Of a DNA stretch of 32,000 nucleotides, positions 15,712-24,600 are shown in pieces; position 1 is the stretch's first letter; every line of letters begins with the position of its first letter. Below the pieces are notes generated by a model. That model had not been told where the DNA came from and made no database searches. It saw only the letters and a list, made by a program, of their open reading frames with translations. Position numbers and translations under genes: made by a program. Where the stretch lies: the NCBI RefSeq assembly GCF_042660085.1, contig NZ_JBHSTI010000058.1, positions 1 to 32,000 on the forward strand, written 5' to 3'. Source of the DNA: Longivirga aurantiaca. Lineage in GTDB: Bacteria > Actinomycetota > Actinomycetes > S36-B12 > CAIYMF01.

Positions 15712-18700
15712 ATGTCACCCCTGCGCGTCACGACGACGGCCCTCACCCTCACCGCGCTCGGTTCCGTGCTGCTGCTCGCGACCGTCCTGGTCAACGGCCC
15801 CGTGACGGCCGACCTGGGCGCGGTCGACGCCGGTCCGTTCGGCACCGCGACGGTCGGGCTCGGCCTGGACGCCGTGCGCGCGATGCTGCTGGTGCTCGTC
15901 ACCGGCGTCGGTGCGGTGGTGGCGGCGTACTCGCGGCGCAACCTCGCCGGACAGGCCCGGCTGGCCCGCTTCGCGGTGCTGCAGCTCGTGGTCGTGCTCG
16001 GTCTCGCCCTCGCCGTCAGTGCTGCGAGCCTGCCCCTGCTGGCCCTCGGCTGGATCGCCTCCGGTCTCGCGATGTCGGGGCTGGTCGAGCACGCGGGCGG
16101 CGACCGGGCACGCGCGGCGAGCCGCTGGGTCCGGCGCAGGCTGCTCGTCGGCGATCTCGCCCTCGTCGCCGCGGTGGTGGTGTCCGGTGCGTGGCTCGGC
16201 GTGCTCGACGTGGCGGCGCTCGGCGCGGCCGCAGGGACGGGCGCCGCTGCCGAGGTCGTGGCCGTGCTCGTCGTGCTCGCAGGTGCCGTGCGCAGCGCGC
16301 TGGTGCCCGCGCACCGCTGGCTCCCCGAGGTGGCCGAGGCGCCCTCGCCGGTGAGCGCCCTGCTGCACGCCGGCTTCGTCAACGGGATCGGCATCCTCGC
16401 CCTGCTCCTCTGGCCCCTGCTCTCGGTCAGCGGTGCGGCGCGCGGCCTGGCGTTCGCTCTCGGCCTCGCCACCGTCGTCATCGCGACCGCGCAGCTGCGC
16501 GTGCGCTCCGACGTCAAGGGCCGGCTCGCATCGTCGACCTCGGCGCAGATGGGCTACCTCGCCGTCACGCTCGGCCTCGGGCTGCCGGCGGCGGCGCTCA
16601 TCCACCTGCTCGGCCACGGCATGTGGAAGGCCGGGCTCTTCCTCGGCGCCGGCGGCGCGATCGAGCGGGCCCGGGCGGCCCGAGCCCCGCACGCGTCGCG
16701 CCGCGACCCGCGCGCCTGGCTCGCCGCCGCGCTCGGTGTGCTGGTCGTCCTTCTGGCGGCGGGCCTCCCGCTGGCCTGGGCCGAGCCGCTCCTCTCGATG
16801 CCGGCGTACCTGCTGCCCGTGGCGGTCGCGGCGCTGGCCGCGGCTGTCGCGGCCCGGGCCGCGGCGACCGGCCGGCGTGCCGGCAGCGTCGTCGTCGCCC
16901 TCGCTGCTGCGACCGGCTATGTGCTCGCGGTGCGGCTGGCCGACCATGCGCTCGCCGACGTGCTCGGCTGGAGCCCGCCGGCCTGGGGCGAGCCGGGCAC
17001 GGCGCTGCTCGCGGGCGCCGTGGCGGGCCTCCTGCTCGTGGGCGCCGTGGGCTGGCTGCTCGACGCGCGGCTGCGGCGGGGCGCCATGCCGGGCCTCGCC
17101 GCCCGGGTCGGTCGCTCGGTCCACGCCCCGGTCGCCGCCCTGCCGCGGATCGCGCTTCCCGCGCCCGTTCCGGGCAGCGGCCTGCCCGCACCGGAGCCCG
17201 CCCTGGTCGTCGAGGCCACCGTCACCGCCGCCGAGGTCGTGGCGCCGAGCTGGCCGCTGGCCGCGTTCGTGGCGAGCAACCCCCTCGCCGGGCTCGAGCA
17301 CCTGGACTTCGCCGACGCGGTCGACGCCGCTGCAGCCACCTGGGGTGCGCGCACCGAGATCGACGCTGCGCTGCTGCGGGCGTCCCTGGACGACGGCGTG
17401 CTCGACCCGGCTGCGCTCCAGCGCGTCGCCGCCACGGTGGCCCCGGGCCTCGACCTCCCGCTGCAGGGGTGCGTACGCGAGCGGTCGGCCCTCGTCGCCG
17501 CGGCGCTGCTCGCCGAGGAGCCCCCGCAGGACGACGTCGACTGGGTGCGGTCGGCCCTCGGTGCCCGGTCGTGGGGCCGGTCGCGCCGCCGGCTCGTGTC
17601 GTCGCCCGCCGAGGCGGCCGCGGACGGACGTCCCGAGCTGGTCGCCCTCGACTCACGCGGCCGCGACCTGGTCGCGACGTACGCCGCCCGCAGCTACGGC
17701 GCGGCGTCGTGGCCCTCGCCGTACCCCGGTGTCTGGGACGCCGTCCGCGGCGACGCCGCGCACCTCGACCGCCTGCTCCGCACGCGCGGCGCCGCCGGGT
17801 GGGTCGCCAGCATGCCGGTCGCACCGGCCGAGGCCGTGGCGGAGGCGCTGGCGCGGTGCGGCGTGCTCGCCGACGACGTCGTGCCCGCGCTGTCGCGGGT
17901 GCTCGCCCGCGACCCGGGCTGGGTCGCGCACCTCGCGTGGCGGCGCCGGGTCGGCCGTGCCGACGGCGTGGTCGAGCTGCTCGACCTGCTCGCCGCCCGC
18001 CTCGTCCTGGAGTCGCTGGTGGTGGCGGCCGCCGGCCCGCGGGCCGCGCTCGTGCGGGACGTCGAGGACGACCTCGCTCCGGTGGTGGCGATGCTGATCC
18101 GCGCATCCGGCGCGCCCCGGGACTCCGTCGCGCCGGCCGCGCTCGACGCGCTGCGCGAGATCGCGGTCGAGATGCTCGAGGAGGGCCTCGGGCTGCTGCG
18201 GCTGCGCGCGCTCGAGGAGTCGTACCGGCGTCCGCTCATCCAGCACCTCGCCGCGCGCGCCGAGGTGCTGGCCGGCGCACCCGTCGCCGGGCAGGCGGAT
18301 GCTCAGGTGGTCGCGTGCATCGACGTGCGGTCCGAGCGCCTGCGCCGCGCGCTCGAGGCGCGCGGTCCCTGGGAGACCCTCGGCGCGGCCGGCTTCTTCG
18401 GGCTGCCGCTGGCGCACTGCTCCGCCTCGGGTGCTCTCACCGAGCGGCTGCCCGCGCTGCTGCGTCCTGCGCACGTGGTCTCCGAGCCGCAGCGTGCGAC
18501 GCCGTGGGCCGAGTCGGTCCTGGGCGAGACGTCGGACGCTGTGCACGCGGTCGAGCTCGCGCCGGCGGCGCCGTTCGCGCTCGCCGAGGCGGCCGGCTGG
18601 GTGTCCGGCCCGTCCGCCCTCCTGCACACCGTCCTCCCCCGCCTGTGGGGCCAGGTCCGGCCGGGCGGGGAGTCGGTCCCTGAGGGCGTGCTCGACCTCG

Positions 18701-19845
18701 AGCAGGGATCCGGCGCGCCCGCGGGCTTCGGGCTCGACGAGCTCGTGGCGGCTGCGGCGGCGTTCCTGCGCACGACGGGGCTGCTCCACCCGGCCCCGGT
18801 GGTGCTGCTCCTCGGGCACGGCGGTCACGCGGCGAACAACCCGCACGTCGCGGCGTACGACTGCGGCGCCTGCGGCGGCTTCGCCGGCGACGTGAGCGCG
18901 CGGGCCATGGCCCAGGTGCTCAACGACCCTCGGGTGCGCGACGGCCTGCGGGCCCAGGGCATCGATCTGCCCGCCGCCACCTGGTTCGGCGCTGCGCTGC
19001 ACGACACGACCCGCGACCGGGTGAGCATGCTCGTCGACGTCCCGCCCGCGTGCGCGGACGTGGTCGCGAGGCTCCTCGACGACGTGGCGGGCGCGTGCGA
19101 CGCCGTGGCGGCGGAGAGGGCGCCGCTGCTGCCCGAGCGGCTGCCGGCCGACACCGCGCGGCTGCGCGGCGCGCTCGACTCGCGGGCCGTCGACTGGGCG
19201 CAGGTGCGGCCCGAGTGGGGCCTGGCCCGGAACGCCGCGATCGTGATCGGGCCCCGGAGCCTGACCGATGCGCTCGACCTCGACGGCCGGGTGTTCCTGC
19301 AGTCCTACCGTGCCGAGCTCGACGAGGACGGCTCGTCGCTCGACTTCCTCATGAGCGCGCCGCTCGTGGTGGCGCAGTGGATCTCGTCGCAGTACTGGTG
19401 CTCCACCGTGGACCCGCTGCGGTTCGGTGCCGGCGACAAGACCACCCACAACGTCCTGACGTCGGCGTCCGGCGAGCCCGCACCGCTGACGGCCGTCGTC
19501 ACCGGTGCCCGCGGCGACCTCCGCATCGGGCTGCCCTGGCAGGCCGTCTCGGCGAGCGCGCCGTCGGGCGGGCGGTGGACCGAGCGGCCGTTCCACGAGC
19601 CGCTGCGTCTGCTGGCGGTGATCCACGCGTCGACCAGCGCGGTCGAGGCGGTCCTGGCACGGCGGCCCGAGGTCGCCCGGCTGGTGCTGGGCGGGTGGGT
19701 GTCGCTCGTGGTCCTCGACCCCGCGACGGGTGCGGCCTGGCGACGCGATCCGGAGGCCGGCTGGGTGCCTGCCGAGCACGTCGTGGGCGGCCACGCCGTC
19801 CTCGATCGAGCAGGGGACGAGGTGCCGGGGTCGAACGTCGGGTGA
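15712..19845 (+). CDS. Fused DabB-DabA-type inorganic carbon transporter (N-terminal NuoL/proton_antipo_M-like membrane domain plus C-terminal DUF2309/UPF0753)
   Basis: Single uninterrupted frame, about 1377 aa. N-term 'LVPAHRWLPEVAEAPSPVSALLHAGFVNG...LLGHGMWKAGLFLGAGG' (NuoL-like); from ~17221 DabA-like 'VVAPSWPLAAFVASNPLAGLEHLDF', 'VVACIDVRSERLRRALEARG', 'VLLLGHGGHAANNPHVAAYDCGACGG'. Confidence 0.9.
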   Translation: MSPLRVTTTALTLTALGSVLLLATVLVNGPVTADLGAVDAGPFGTATVGLGLDAVRAMLLVLVTGVGAVVAAYSRRNLAGQARLARFAVLQLVVVLGLALAVSAASLPLLALGWIASGLAMSGLVEHAGGDRARAASRWVRRRLLVGDLALVAAVVVSGAWLGVLDVAALGAAAGTGAAAEVVAVLVVLAGAVRSALVPAHRWLPEVAEAPSPVSALLHAGFVNGIGILALLLWPLLSVSGAARGLAFALGLATVVIATAQLRVRSDVKGRLASSTSAQMGYLAVTLGLGLPAAALIHLLGHGMWKAGLFLGAGGAIERARAARAPHASRRDPRAWLAAALGVLVVLLAAGLPLAWAEPLLSMPAYLLPVAVAALAAAVAARAAATGRRAGSVVVALAAATGYVLAVRLADHALADVLGWSPPAWGEPGTALLAGAVAGLLLVGAVGWLLDARLRRGAMPGLAARVGRSVHAPVAALPRIALPAPVPGSGLPAPEPALVVEATVTAAEVVAPSWPLAAFVASNPLAGLEHLDFADAVDAAAATWGARTEIDAALLRASLDDGVLDPAALQRVAATVAPGLDLPLQGCVRERSALVAAALLAEEPPQDDVDWVRSALGARSWGRSRRRLVSSPAEAAADGRPELVALDSRGRDLVATYAARSYGAASWPSPYPGVWDAVRGDAAHLDRLLRTRGAAGWVASMPVAPAEAVAEALARCGVLADDVVPALSRVLARDPGWVAHLAWRRRVGRADGVVELLDLLAARLVLESLVVAAAGPRAALVRDVEDDLAPVVAMLIRASGAPRDSVAPAALDALREIAVEMLEEGLGLLRLRALEESYRRPLIQHLAARAEVLAGAPVAGQADAQVVACIDVRSERLRRALEARGPWETLGAAGFFGLPLAHCSASGALTERLPALLRPAHVVSEPQRATPWAESVLGETSDAVHAVELAPAAPFALAEAAGWVSGPSALLHTVLPRLWGQVRPGGESVPEGVLDLEQGSGAPAGFGLDELVAAAAAFLRTTGLLHPAPVVLLLGHGGHAANNPHVAAYDCGACGGFAGDVSARAMAQVLNDPRVRDGLRAQGIDLPAATWFGAALHDTTRDRVSMLVDVPPACADVVARLLDDVAGACDAVAAERAPLLPERLPADTARLRGALDSRAVDWAQVRPEWGLARNAAIVIGPRSLTDALDLDGRVFLQSYRAELDEDGSSLDFLMSAPLVVAQWISSQYWCSTVDPLRFGAGDKTTHNVLTSASGEPAPLTAVVTGARGDLRIGLPWQAVSASAPSGGRWTERPFHEPLRLLAVIHASTSAVEAVLARRPEVARLVLGGWVSLVVLDPATGAAWRRDPEAGWVPAEHVVGGHAVLDRAGDEVPGSNVG

Positions 19846-19975
19846 GCCTGCGGCGCATCTCTCGGTCGGCTCACGGGCGGGGGTAACCCCCAGGAGGAGC
19901 GAGCCGGAGCCGATGGCGCGAGCGGGACGCCCTCCCGCACGCCCGGCTCCCGGAGGCTCTTCCTGCACGTCCGGG

Positions 19976-20611
19976 TCAGGCGGGGCGGTCGACCAGGTGC
20001 TCCTTGGCCCACACCGCGGCGCTGGTGCGGTCGCCGACCCCGAGCCGTGTGAAGACGTTCGTGAGATGCCCCTTCACGGTGCGCTCGCTGATGCCGAGCC
20101 GACGCGCGATCTGGCCGTTGGTGAGGCCGCGCACGACCAGGAGCAGCACGTCGCGCTCGCGCTCGGTGAGGTCGTCGGCCGGGGTGGTGGTGGGGGCCAT
20201 CCGTCGGTTGAGGGCCACGCGCGCGGCCTTCGGGTGCAGCGGCGACTCGCCACGTGCGGCCGCGCGGACGGCACCCACGATCTCGTCCGGCTCGGAGTCC
20301 TTGAGCATGTAGCCGACCGCGCCGGCGTCGAGCGCGTCGAGGATGCGCTCGGGGTCGGAGAACGACGTGAGCGCGACGACCGCGACGGTGTCGTCCATCG
20401 CGACGATCTCGGCCGTGGCGCTGGTGCCGTCGCGGCCGGGCATGGACAGGTCCATGAGCACCACGTGCGGCTGGTGCTCGCGCACGGCGTCCACGGCGTC
20501 GCCCGCGTTGCTCACCGCCGCGACCACGCGGATGTCGTCCTGGGTCTCGAGCATGAGCGCCACACCGTGCCGGAGCACGGGGTGGTCGTCGACGACCACG
20601 ACGTCGATCAC
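19976..20611 (-). CDS. NarL/FixJ family response regulator
   Basis: GTG start 'VIDVVVVDDHPVLRHGVALMLE...VVLMDLSMPGRDG...LTERERDVLLLVVRGLTNGQIARRLGISERTVKGHLTNVFTRLGV'. Confidence 0.93.
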   Translation of the reverse strand: MIDVVVVDDHPVLRHGVALMLETQDDIRVVAAVSNAGDAVDAVREHQPHVVLMDLSMPGRDGTSATAEIVAMDDTVAVVALTSFSDPERILDALDAGAVGYMLKDSEPDEIVGAVRAAARGESPLHPKAARVALNRRMAPTTTPADDLTERERDVLLLVVRGLTNGQIARRLGISERTVKGHLTNVFTRLGVGDRTSAAVWAKEHLVDRPA

Positions 20612-22077
20612 AGGGGGATCCTCGCTGTGAGCTCGGTGCCCTCGTGGGGCGCCGTACGGACGGACAGGGTGCCGCGGACCTCGGCGAGCGAGTCCTCGAG
20701 CAGCGCGAGGCCGAGGTGCCCGGCGGGGGTGGCGGCCGAGGGATGAGCGGGGTCCTCGAGCGCGAATCCCTTGCCGTCGTCGGCCACGGTCAGCGTGACG
20801 GCATCGGCGCTCTGCACGATCGCGACCCGCACCCGCGTGGCCTCGGCGTGCTTGACGATGTTGCGCACCGACTCCTGCGCGACGCGGAACAGCGCGGTCT
20901 CGACGTCCTCCGGGAGGTTGGCCGCGCCATCGACGTCGAGCTCGACGTCGATCTCGCGGCTCGCGAGCTGCGCGGTGAGGTCGCTGAGCGCCGCGGCGAG
21001 CCCGGCACGGCGCAGGCCGGGCGGGTAGATCTCGACCAGGAGCGAGCGGAGCCCGCGCACGCCCTGGCGCAGCTCGGTCGCTGCGTTGCGCACGGTGCTC
21101 GCCGCCCAGCTCTGGTCGGCGGAGGTCAGCTGCTCCGAGCGCAGCTTGTCGGCGACGCCGGACAGCGCATAGCTCGATCCCGCGAGCGACTGCACGATGC
21201 CGTCGTGCAGGTGCGCGGCGATGCGCCGGCGCTCGGTCGTCGACGCGTCGAGCGCGTGCTGCAGCAGCCGCATCCGCTCGGCGCGCGCCCGGTCGAGGCT
21301 GCGCGCCAGCGACCACGCGACGGGGACGAGGACGAGCAGCAGCAGCACCATGCCGCCGATCGTGATGGGCGCGAACTCGCCGAGGACGTCGCCCTGACGG
21401 GCGTCGACCGCGGTGCGCGTCTGGTAGGTCTCGAACAGCAGCGTCTCGCCCGCCGGCGTCCACACCGGGAGGTAGACCTCGAGCAGCGGGCCGCTGCCGC
21501 CGTCGAAGCGGTTCTCCGGACGTTCGAGGTCGCTCGCCTCGGCGACCGCGACCCCGCCGGTGTCGATGACCTCGAGTTCCTCGTCGCCGAGGGCGTACTG
21601 CGAGCCGATGAGACGCGGCTCGTCCGACCACACGATGACGCCGTCGCGGTTCCAGATCTTCACGCGGACGACGTCAGCGCTCAGCATCCGCTCCTGCACC
21701 AGTGCCGCGAACTCGGCCTGGGCGACGGCGTCGCCGTCGATCAGCGCCTGGGTGAGCTCGGGCTGCACCAGCGCGGCGGCGAGGGTGATCGTGCGCTGGC
21801 GCGCGTCCTCGATCGCCTCCCGCTCGGCGGCGCGGCTCGCTGCGAACCACACACCGGCGGACACGAGCAGCAGGGCGACCACGCCCGCGGCGATGAAGCG
21901 GGTCATGGCCTGACGCACCACCGTCTGAGGGGGATCAGACGGTGGCGCGCCAGGGGCCGAGGTCGCTCGCTCGAGCATGTCCACCTCGTCGACCTCCGGA
22001 TCCCCCTGGGCCCAGGACCCACCGGAGGTCGGAGCCTCGCGGTGGGCGGGCTCGTCGGAGTGGGCGACGGAGGCCAT
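20608..22077 (-). CDS. NarL-cognate sensor histidine kinase (HisKA_3 type)
   Basis: TM segments flank an extracytoplasmic region; 'TERRRIAAHLHDGIVQSLAGSSYAL', 'ETALFRVAQESVRNIVKHAEATRVRV', 'VADDGKGF'. Stop overlaps the regulator start. The exact start is uncertain (22077 or 22188). Confidence 0.88.
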   Translation of the reverse strand: MASVAHSDEPAHREAPTSGGSWAQGDPEVDEVDMLERATSAPGAPPSDPPQTVVRQAMTRFIAAGVVALLLVSAGVWFAASRAAEREAIEDARQRTITLAAALVQPELTQALIDGDAVAQAEFAALVQERMLSADVVRVKIWNRDGVIVWSDEPRLIGSQYALGDEELEVIDTGGVAVAEASDLERPENRFDGGSGPLLEVYLPVWTPAGETLLFETYQTRTAVDARQGDVLGEFAPITIGGMVLLLLVLVPVAWSLARSLDRARAERMRLLQHALDASTTERRRIAAHLHDGIVQSLAGSSYALSGVADKLRSEQLTSADQSWAASTVRNAATELRQGVRGLRSLLVEIYPPGLRRAGLAAALSDLTAQLASREIDVELDVDGAANLPEDVETALFRVAQESVRNIVKHAEATRVRVAIVQSADAVTLTVADDGKGFALEDPAHPSAATPAGHLGLALLEDSLAEVRGTLSVRTAPHEGTELTARIPL

Positions 22078-22345
22078 GACGGTGGCCGACGTCGACGACG
22101 AACCCGGTGCCCAGGGCGTGAGGCGCCGACCGGCGGACCGGACGCGAGCACCCTGCGGCACCGCGGGTAGGGCCCACCAGCCGTCCATGAGTACCGGTAC
22201 CTCCCGCTCGGGTCGTCGGTGTTCGCCGCGTCGTGAGCAGACTGTGCGCCCTGCCGAGAGGTGGTTGAAGGGTCACCGACGGACCGTGCCCGAACCTTGG
22301 ACGAATCTGTGACGTCGCTCCGACGCTCGTTCGCTCTGACCGGTC

Positions 22346-22558
22346 GTGCCGCGCACTGTCCCCACGTCGGACGCAGCAGGTCCCCGGTACGTCTCGACGG
22401 GCCACCTGCCCGACGCAGCGGACATCGCCAGGCTCGTGGGCGATGCGTGCGCGGAGGCGCGCGATGTCCAGGACGGCACCGTCTCGCAGGTGTATCCGGC
22501 GCTGGCCCGCTCGCCCGCCGACCTCTGCGGCGTCTGCGTCGTGGGCGCGGCGTCGGTC
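22346..22558 (+). pseudogene. Truncated glutaminase N-terminal fragment
   Basis: 'RYVSTGHLPDAADIARLVGDACAEARDVQDGTVSQVYPALARSPADLCGVCVVG' resembles the N-terminus of actinobacterial glutaminases; similarity stops just before the subtilase gene end, with no catalytic SxxK region following. Confidence 0.6.
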
Positions 22559-22603
22559 AGACGAGCGACGAGAGGGCGAGCCGAGCGGACGTGCTGCTAC
22601 GCG

Positions 22604-24112
22604 TCACTTCGTGACGGTGGTGGTCGCCGTCCCGCCGTCCCATGAGGTGCCGGCCTTGACCACGCCCGTGACCGTGTACGTGACGCTGGTGACGTTGAGG
22701 CTCAGCGAGACCGACACGCTGCAGGAACCGGTCGAGCCGGTGGTGCAGGTGGCGGTGCCGGTCGCACCTCCCGATCGGGTCACCGTGACAGTGGCCCCGC
22801 TGACCGGCCCGCCGGTGGCCGTGTCCGTCACCGTGGTGGTGGCGGTGGCCGTCCACGACCTCTTGGCCAGCTTCTTGCTCCCACTGATCGATGCGGCGGT
22901 CGTGATCATGGGCGCAGGAGCGGGGGCGGTGAAGAGCAGGCGGTTGGGCGACCCGGTGCCCGGGGAGCCGACGACACCTGTGGTCGCCTGGCCGACGAGG
23001 GCGTCGCGCACCTGCGCCGGAGTGAGGTTCGGCGACTGCTGCAACAGCAGGGCGGCGGCACCTGCCACGTGCGGGGCAGCCATCGACGTTCCGCTCTTGC
23101 TCGTCGACCCCGTGTCGCTCGTGTACGACGCCGACACGATGCCGGCGAACAGCCCGTCGCCACCCGGCGCGAACAGGTCGAGGCAGGCGCCGTAGTTGGA
23201 GTAGTTCGCGCGCGCATCGCTCCTCGTCGTCGCGCCGACGGTGACCCCTTCTGCGACACGGGCGGGGGAGAAGGTTGCGCAGCCGTCGGTGTTGTCGTTG
23301 CCGGCCGCGAGCGTGTAGGTGACGCCCGCCGCGATGGAGGCGCGGACGGCGTCGTCGAGAGGCTGGCTCGGGTCGCCGCCCAGGCTCATGTTGGCCACCA
23401 TCGGTACGCCCGGGCTCGCCGTCTTCTGCGACGTGACCCAGTCAATGCCGGCGATCACTTGCGCGTCGGTGCCGTTGCCGGTGCAGTCGAGCACGCGAAC
23501 GGCCTTCAGGGTCACGGCCTTCGCGACCCCGAAGCTCGAGCCGCCCACCGTGCCGGCCACGTGCGTGCCGTGCCCCTGGCAGTCCGCAGCGCTACCGCCC
23601 GCCGTGATGGCGTCGTACCCCGTCGAGGCGCGACCACCGAACGTGGTGTGCGTGAAGCGGATGCCGGTGTCGAGCACGAACACCGTCACGCCCGCGCCCG
23701 TGGCGTCGTAGCGGTACGCCGAGTCCAGCGGCAGGGCGCGCTGGTCGATGCGGTCGAGTCCCCAGGACGGCGGGTTGGTCTGCGTGGTGTCGACATGCTT
23801 GCGGCCGTCGCGCGCGACGTAGGCGACCTGCGGTGAGCGCGCCAGCGCCGCGGCGGCGGCCGCGGACGCCGTGATCGAGAAGCCGCGCAGCGCATGCTGG
23901 TACACGAACCCCACCTGGCCGCCCACTCGGCGGGCCTGCTCGGCCGCGACATCGGGCACCTGGTAGCCCGCCACCCCGTTGAGGACGACGATCCAGGTCG
24001 ACGTGGGTGTGGCCGCCTGCGCCGGTGCCGCGAGACCCGTAGCCGCCAGGGCCCCGAGGGCCAGGCCGACGGTCGCCGTCAACGCTGTCGTGCCTCGTCC
24101 GAGCATGCTCAT
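22604..24112 (-). CDS. Secreted subtilisin-like serine protease (S8), with I9-like propeptide and C-terminal Ig-like/repeat domain
   Basis: Signal peptide 'LALGALAATGLAAPAQAA', triad regions 'VFVLDTGI', 'GHGTHVAGTVGG', 'KSGTSMAAPHVAGAAALLLQ'. Confidence 0.94.
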   Translation of the reverse strand: MSMLGRGTTALTATVGLALGALAATGLAAPAQAATPTSTWIVVLNGVAGYQVPDVAAEQARRVGGQVGFVYQHALRGFSITASAAAAAALARSPQVAYVARDGRKHVDTTQTNPPSWGLDRIDQRALPLDSAYRYDATGAGVTVFVLDTGIRFTHTTFGGRASTGYDAITAGGSAADCQGHGTHVAGTVGGSSFGVAKAVTLKAVRVLDCTGNGTDAQVIAGIDWVTSQKTASPGVPMVANMSLGGDPSQPLDDAVRASIAAGVTYTLAAGNDNTDGCATFSPARVAEGVTVGATTRSDARANYSNYGACLDLFAPGGDGLFAGIVSASYTSDTGSTSKSGTSMAAPHVAGAAALLLQQSPNLTPAQVRDALVGQATTGVVGSPGTGSPNRLLFTAPAPAPMITTAASISGSKKLAKRSWTATATTTVTDTATGGPVSGATVTVTRSGGATGTATCTTGSTGSCSVSVSLSLNVTSVTYTVTGVVKAGTSWDGGTATTTVTK

Positions 24113-24303
24113 GGGTTCTCTCCGTCGCCTCGCGGGACCCGACCCCCGTCGGCCAGGGTAGGGCCCACCAGCGGCCACGACCAGGCTTCCACGGGCGGGC
24201 AGGGTGCCGCGGCGACGTCAGCGCGGTGGGCTGAGAGGACGTGGTGGCTCCACCCGATTCTGAGCGGGTGACGGGATCCGTCCCGCGTCCCCCTGCGGAG
24301 CGA

Positions 24304-24348
24304 CGAAGCCCTGTCCTGGCCGGCTTCGCCGGCGGGGACAGGGCTTCG
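24304..24348. terminator. Composite GC-rich hairpin
   Basis: Outer arms CGAAGCCCTGTCC / GGACAGGGCTTCG (13 bp), inner arms GCCGGC/GCCGGC with TTC loop. Confidence 0.6.
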
Positions 24349-24546
24349 AGCGGAGAAGTGACCGCGGACGTAGGGGTTCTGCGCGGCCTGGCGGCTCCCA
24401 GAGGCGGATCCGGCTGGACCGCGGACGTCCGTTCCAGAGGCCCGAATCGCTGCACGCTCTGGCAAAGCAACGTGTGGAAGGTGCGGCCCGCCCGTGTGGC
24501 TGCGAGGAGCGATGCAGGGGCTGCCCCTGGAGAGGTGACGTTGTCA

Positions 24547-24570
24547 GCGTCACGGCGTCACGGCGTCACG
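24547..24570. repeat. Three tandem copies of the 8-mer GCGTCACG
   Basis: GCGTCACG GCGTCACG GCGTCACG at 24547-24570. Confidence 0.85.
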
Positions 24571-24600
24571 CCGCTCGGCGTCCAGCACGACCGCGGGTCG

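Noticed and set aside
15715-17301. 528-aa minus-strand ORF opposite the DabB-like domain
   Set aside because: GC-rich shadow ORF (EGQQGQARSTDGEGE... composition) against a clearly conserved plus-strand frame.
16433-18097. 554-aa plus-strand alternate-frame ORF inside the Dab fusion
   Set aside because: Arg/Ala/Pro/Ser-rich out-of-frame translation of a conserved gene.
17653-19968. 771-aa minus-strand ORF opposite the DabA-like domain
   Set aside because: Antisense shadow; the DabA motifs CIDVRSE and HGGHAANNPHVAAYDCGAC fix the plus-strand frame.
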